NCBI GenBank assembly: GCA_051382295.1
Contig: JBBCAW010000022.1
Coordinates: forward strand, 11,120 to 75,119
Reading direction: 5' to 3'
Source: Bdellovibrionota bacterium FG-1
GTDB taxonomy: Bacteria > Bdellovibrionota > UBA1018
DNA: 64,000 nt
The notes beneath the pieces were generated by a model. That model was not told the origin of the DNA, made no database searches, and saw only the letters and a program-made list of their open reading frames with translations. A program made the translations under genes and the position numbers. Below are positions 60,345 through 64,000 of this stretch, piece after piece. The stretch's first letter is position 1, and each line of letters begins with the position of its first letter.

Positions 60345-60906
60345 AAGATTTCTTGTTTTTGGGCCTTTCGAACGGATGTATGATAGGCCGGCAAAATAAA
60401 CCCCAGCAGGGTGTCCTCGAGGATTTCGAAATAGCGAGCTACGGTGACGCTATCCACTCCGATCTCTCGGGCGACTCTTCAAATGTAGATGCCAGAACGG
60501 CCTCGGGCAAGCTCCCCCATTGGAGAACTTAATCGAGGTTAAACTGGTCTCCCAGCTCCGTGCTGGTGAAGGGATAAAGATTGTACACCCACGCACGCCC
60601 CGCGAGAAGGTTGGCCCCTTCTTGCTTGAGTTTACGGCTACTGGAGCCGGTGAGAATGAACTGCCTTTTGGTTTTTTGAATTTGGGAATGCACAACATCC
60701 AAAAGCCGTGGAAATTTTTGAACCTCATCGACCACAACGCGCTTCTTTTGATTTTCTGGAGTCGGGATAAAGGCTTCGAATCGAGTGGGATCGAGCAGCA
60801 GTTGATCCATGAACTAAAGGTCCAGAAGGGTGGTTTTGCCTGAACCGCGTGGCCCAAATATAAAAAAATTGTTAGTTTTAGATAACTTACATGACCTCTG
60901 AATCAT
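60345..60906 (-). pseudogene. Decayed AAA_14/DUF4143 ATPase
   Basis: MIQRS...FGPRGSGKTT then stop; VVDEVQK, LTGSSSRKL, LLAGRA, WGSLP; then frame change to REIGVDSVTVARYFEILEDTLLG; internal deletions, no C-terminus. Confidence 0.8.
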
Positions 60907-61009
60907 ATTCAGAATTTTAACGCTAAATTTAACTCGTTATCAATGATCAGGGACCGGCGCCGGGGGAATGAGATGGTTTTGTGGCGCAAGGTGGTAAACA
61001 CTATTGAAC

Positions 61010-61027
61010 AACACCGACGTCGGTGCT
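61010..61027. repeat. Dispersed palindrome, copy 5
   Basis: AACACCGACGTCGGTGCT plus the tail shared with copy 2. Confidence 0.88.
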
Positions 61028-61088
61028 CATTCTTTATAGCCAGTGGAATTTACTGCGATTGGGTGCCTATTTTTCAGTTCTACCAACG

Positions 61089-61104
61089 TGGCACTGATGT
61101 TGCT
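61089..61104 (+). promoter_or_regulatory. Sigma-54 promoter in array unit 1 (also 61538-61553 and 61987-62002)
   Basis: TGGCAC-TGATG-TTGC, exact TGGCAC-N5-TTGC consensus in all three units. Confidence 0.75.
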
Positions 61105-61175
61105 TTATTGCTGCCAGCCAAATCGGGCAGCGTAGATGGAATTACCTCCTTTTCTCAAGAAAGGAGGTAACCCCG

Positions 61176-61325
61176 ATGAAGAATAAAAAAAAGGCTCCAA
61201 AGGCCAGACATTATTCTTTTCGTCGATGGCTCAAAAAACTTAAAAAAAACTGGTCCAAAAAATATCTATTCCAGTTTTTGTGGTTTTTAGCCAAGTTGGT
61301 TCTGTTCTATCTCGATCATCAGTGA
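61176..61325 (+). CDS. 49-aa cationic/hydrophobic peptide 1 (type I toxin-like)
   Basis: AAGGAGGT RBS; MKNKKKAPKARHYSFRRWLKKLKKNWSKKYLFQFLWFLAKLVLFYLDHQ. Confidence 0.8.
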   Translation: MKNKKKAPKARHYSFRRWLKKLKKNWSKKYLFQFLWFLAKLVLFYLDHQ

Positions 61326-61624
61326 GGAGGCCCGGGGGTACAGCTCAACCCGGAGCTCCCATGGAAGGGAGCTGCCCGATTTGGTTTTATCAGTTGGGGC
61401 TCCGAACGATCTTGCGATTGGCAAGCCCTTCCTCATTGAGTCCGAACATCAGACACTCTGATTGAAATCTAAACTCACGCTCGATTCGAAGATGCCAAAA
61501 ATGCTGGAAAACAGCCTATTTTTCAGTTCTACCAACGTGGCACTGATGTTGCTTTATTGCTGCCAGCCAAATCGGGCAGCGTAGATGGAATTACCTCCTT
61601 TTCGCAAGAAAGGAGGTAACCCCG

Positions 61625-61774
61625 ATGAAGAATAAGAAAAAGGCCGTCAAGGTCTACTATTGTTCCTATCGGTTTTGGCTCAAAAAACTTGAAAAAAACT
61701 GGACCCAAAAAAATGTAATCCAGTTTTTGTGGTTTTTGGCCAAGTTGGCTCTGTTCTATCTCGATCATCAGTGA
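61625..61774 (+). CDS. 49-aa cationic/hydrophobic peptide 2
   Basis: Same RBS; MKNKKKAVKVYYCSYRFWLKKLEKNWTQKNVIQFLWFLAKLALFYLDHQ. Confidence 0.8.
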   Translation: MKNKKKAVKVYYCSYRFWLKKLEKNWTQKNVIQFLWFLAKLALFYLDHQ

Positions 61775-62073
61775 GGAGGCCCGGGGGTACAGCTCAACCC
61801 GGAGCTCCTATGGAAGGGAGCTGCCCGATTTGGTTTTATCAGTTGGGGCTCCGAACGATCTTGCGATCGCGAAACCCTTCCTCATTGAGTCCGAAGTTCA
61901 GACACTCTGAATGAAACCTAAGCCCACGCTCGATTCGAAGGTGCAAAAACTGCAGGAAAACAGCCTGTTTTTTGGCTCTACCAACGTGGCACTGATGTTG
62001 CGTTAATGCCGCCTGCCAAATCGGGCAGCGTAGATGGAATTACCTCCTTTTCGTAAGAAAGGAGGTAACCCCG

Positions 62074-62223
62074 ATGAAGAATAAGAAAACGGCTCAGAAG
62101 GCCAATTATTATTCCTTTCGGTTTTGGCTCAAAAAACTTAAGAAAAACTGGACCCAAAAAAATATGTTCCAGTTTTTTTGGTTTTTAGCCAAGTTGGTTC
62201 TGTTCTATCTCGATCATCAGTGA
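62074..62223 (+). CDS. 49-aa cationic/hydrophobic peptide 3
   Basis: Same RBS; MKNKKTAQKANYYSFRFWLKKLKKNWTQKNMFQFFWFLAKLVLFYLDHQ. Confidence 0.8.
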   Translation: MKNKKTAQKANYYSFRFWLKKLKKNWTQKNMFQFFWFLAKLVLFYLDHQ

Positions 62224-62376
62224 GGAGGCCCGGGGGTACAGCTCAACCCGGAGCTCCCATGGAGGGGAGCTGTCCGATTTGGTTTTAACGAATGCTTACG
62301 CGGCATGCAACACCGATCATTCTCTAGATCTGGCGCCACATGCCGCGCAATCAGGGCAAGAGTTAGGACGAGGACG

Positions 62377-64000
62377 TTATTTGGAGGTGAAGGCGAGGCC
62401 GGAGGGGATGGTAGCCAGGCCTGTAACGGGAGTGCCATCGGAACTTGGCGTTAGCGTTTTTGGTGCTAACCCTCCGTCATTAGGCAGAGCGCCGGCAGAT
62501 ATCTTAAAGACTGGTATGCTTTTCAGAAGACTGTTGGTCGTCAGGAAGAAACCACCCGTAGGATCTACTACCGAGGCGGTCGGCGTAGGGTAGGTACCAA
62601 AAACCGAAGCAAGCGTGTAATCCACCTTGCCACTGAGCCCGCCCCCCGCCGCCATCGCAAAAGTCGTGATCAACGACTGATTGTTATAAAGATTTCCCGC
62701 ATCAGCAGAAGGCGGACTGGTCACAAAAAGATTAGATCCCGATGGATCAATCGCCATAGTTGTCGGGGCAATATTGACCAAATTACCTTGATCTCCAGCC
62801 CCCAAAGAGCCATCAGATGGATTAATACTAAATCGTTGGACGTATTTGGCCGCGGCGGCATTGTATGCGACATAAAGATTAGCAGAGTTTGGACTTACCA
62901 TAACGACATTAGGATTCGCTCCACAAGAAGGAGTAGTGCCTGTGGTTATCGCGCTTCCAATTTCAGTGAGAGCACCAGAGTTTTGATCAATCGTAAAAGA
63001 TTGAATTGAACTAGAACCATTATTGACCACGTATAGCCATTTTCCATTTGGTGAAATCGAAAGGCTCATAGGATTAGATCCGACCGTTACGGCCACACTA
63101 CCCGCAGTCGCATAGCCAGTAGTAGCATTCAGAGGAAAAAGATAAATTTTTCCAGTGCCTCCGAGGTTAGTCGCATAAAGAAACTTTCCACTAGGATCAA
63201 CCGCCGCCCCACTCCCTGCTCCGCCGCCGCCACCTACCGTTGAAACATTGGTTAAGTCACCGTTATTCGGAGCAAAAGTGAAATTATCCACAGTTCCAAC
63301 ATTAACAGTATAAACGACTGATTTAGAAGGATGAACCGCAACCGCAGCAGGGCCACTGCTAGCCACCGCTGTCGTTCCCGCAACGAGAGATCCATTTCCC
63401 GCTGTATTCAATAAATAAGATAGCACCGTCGTATTACCCTCAATTGCAAACAAACTCGACTGATAAGTATAAGCACCCGCTCCTGTTACTGTCTGCGTGT
63501 CCGAATTGGTAACCACTATATCGGCAGCCACTGCCCCATTACCCTGTGCAGCATGAGCAGGCGTGGTGCAAGTAAAAGTAAAGCTGCCCAAAGAAGCCGC
63601 GGGCGCTGTCGGATTTGTGCAGGCAGAGCCACCCACAGTTGCCGTAATGCCCGTTCTAAAATTGGCACCCCTAATGGTAATCGTGGCACCACCGTAGGTT
63701 GAACCCTTTGCAGTCGCCACACCATCCACATTAATGAAAGTCGGCGCAGCTTGATAAGTAAATCCAGCGGCGGCAGCCGATGCACTACCACCAGCCCCAT
63801 TGTCAACAACAGCCCCCGCAGCTCCGGCCCCAGGCCCCCCCGATGTACAGGTCAATTGAGTTTGCGTCGCATTGACCACAACCCCTGTACACGGAATTCC
63901 ACCCAGAGTGACCGTCGCAAGCGGCGAACTCGAAAAACCAAAACCTGTAAGAGTCATCGCGGTACCTCCGGCTAAGGCCCCCCCATCAGGTGAAATCGAA
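62377..64000 (-). CDS. Surface protein with IPT/TIG repeats and lactonase-like beta-propeller (5' end beyond window)
   Basis: GG..ITIRGANF...TVGG..C, AYTY IPT motifs; blades VDPSGKFLY, ISPNGKWLY, IDPSGSNLF; frame continues to the right edge. Confidence 0.85.
   Translation of the reverse strand, partial: SISPDGGALAGGTAMTLTGFGFSSSPLATVTLGGIPCTGVVVNATQTQLTCTSGGPGAGAAGAVVDNGAGGSASAAAAGFTYQAAPTFINVDGVATAKGSTYGGATITIRGANFRTGITATVGGSACTNPTAPAASLGSFTFTCTTPAHAAQGNGAVAADIVVTNSDTQTVTGAGAYTYQSSLFAIEGNTTVLSYLLNTAGNGSLVAGTTAVASSGPAAVAVHPSKSVVYTVNVGTVDNFTFAPNNGDLTNVSTVGGGGGAGSGAAVDPSGKFLYATNLGGTGKIYLFPLNATTGYATAGSVAVTVGSNPMSLSISPNGKWLYVVNNGSSSIQSFTIDQNSGALTEIGSAITTGTTPSCGANPNVVMVSPNSANLYVAYNAAAAKYVQRFSINPSDGSLGAGDQGNLVNIAPTTMAIDPSGSNLFVTSPPSADAGNLYNNQSLITTFAMAAGGGLSGKVDYTLASVFGTYPTPTASVVDPTGGFFLTTNSLLKSIPVFKISAGALPNDGGLAPKTLTPSSDGTPVTGLATIPSGLAFTSK

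Larger units (their letters stand above)
61065..62287 (+). repeat. Tandem array of three 449-bp units (third ends early)
   Basis: Equivalent positions at 61065, 61514 and 61963; ATGs at 61176, 61625 and 62074. Confidence 0.97.

Noticed and set aside
61280..61914. ORF-track 61-aa ORFs (61280, 61729) and minus-strand 61529-61768
   Set aside because: No RBS, they overlap the better-supported 49-aa frame and structured UTR, and they are not maintained in unit 3.
61065..62287. Array units as retron msr-msd or a CRISPR/DGR element
   Set aside because: Terminal inverted repeats fit loosely, but there is no reverse transcriptase or cas gene in the window, and each unit holds a conserved ORF with a strong RBS.
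1..64000. Prophage, IS or integron; many short antisense ORFs in the track
   Set aside because: No integrase, transposase, phage structural gene or attC pattern was recognised. The short ORFs are shadows of well-supported genes.

Overview
A gene-dense bacterial chromosomal window. Gene content (sigma-54 two-component pair, CheA/CheY/STAS-CheX, HD-GYP, many secreted hypotheticals and lipoproteins) suggests a Bdellovibrionota/Oligoflexia-like organism; this is an inference. Housekeeping genes (aminotransferase, coaD, rsmD, metG, argS, hisC-like, iorAB plus acyl-CoA ligase, macAB-tolC) alternate with small accessory inserts (hicAB, orphan DUF2442, AAA_14/DUF4143 ATPase and a decayed paralog). 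No rRNA, tRNA, integrase, transposase or cas gene was seen. The most striking feature is missing from the ORF track: at 61065-62287 a tandem array of three 449-bp units. Each unit has a sigma-54 promoter, an 11-bp hairpin hiding the ribosome-binding site, a 49-aa cationic/hydrophobic peptide ORF, and 14-nt 5'-3' end complementarity. This is type I toxin-like mRNA architecture with diversified peptides. Other unexplained structure: an 18-bp palindrome beside five accessory genes, a four-copy 51-bp-period palindrome array, a covarying ~105-nt structured repeat family, a catalytically degenerate type IIG-like methyltransferase, and deviant HIGH motifs in MetRS and ArgRS. All family calls come from motif recognition by eye, not database searches.
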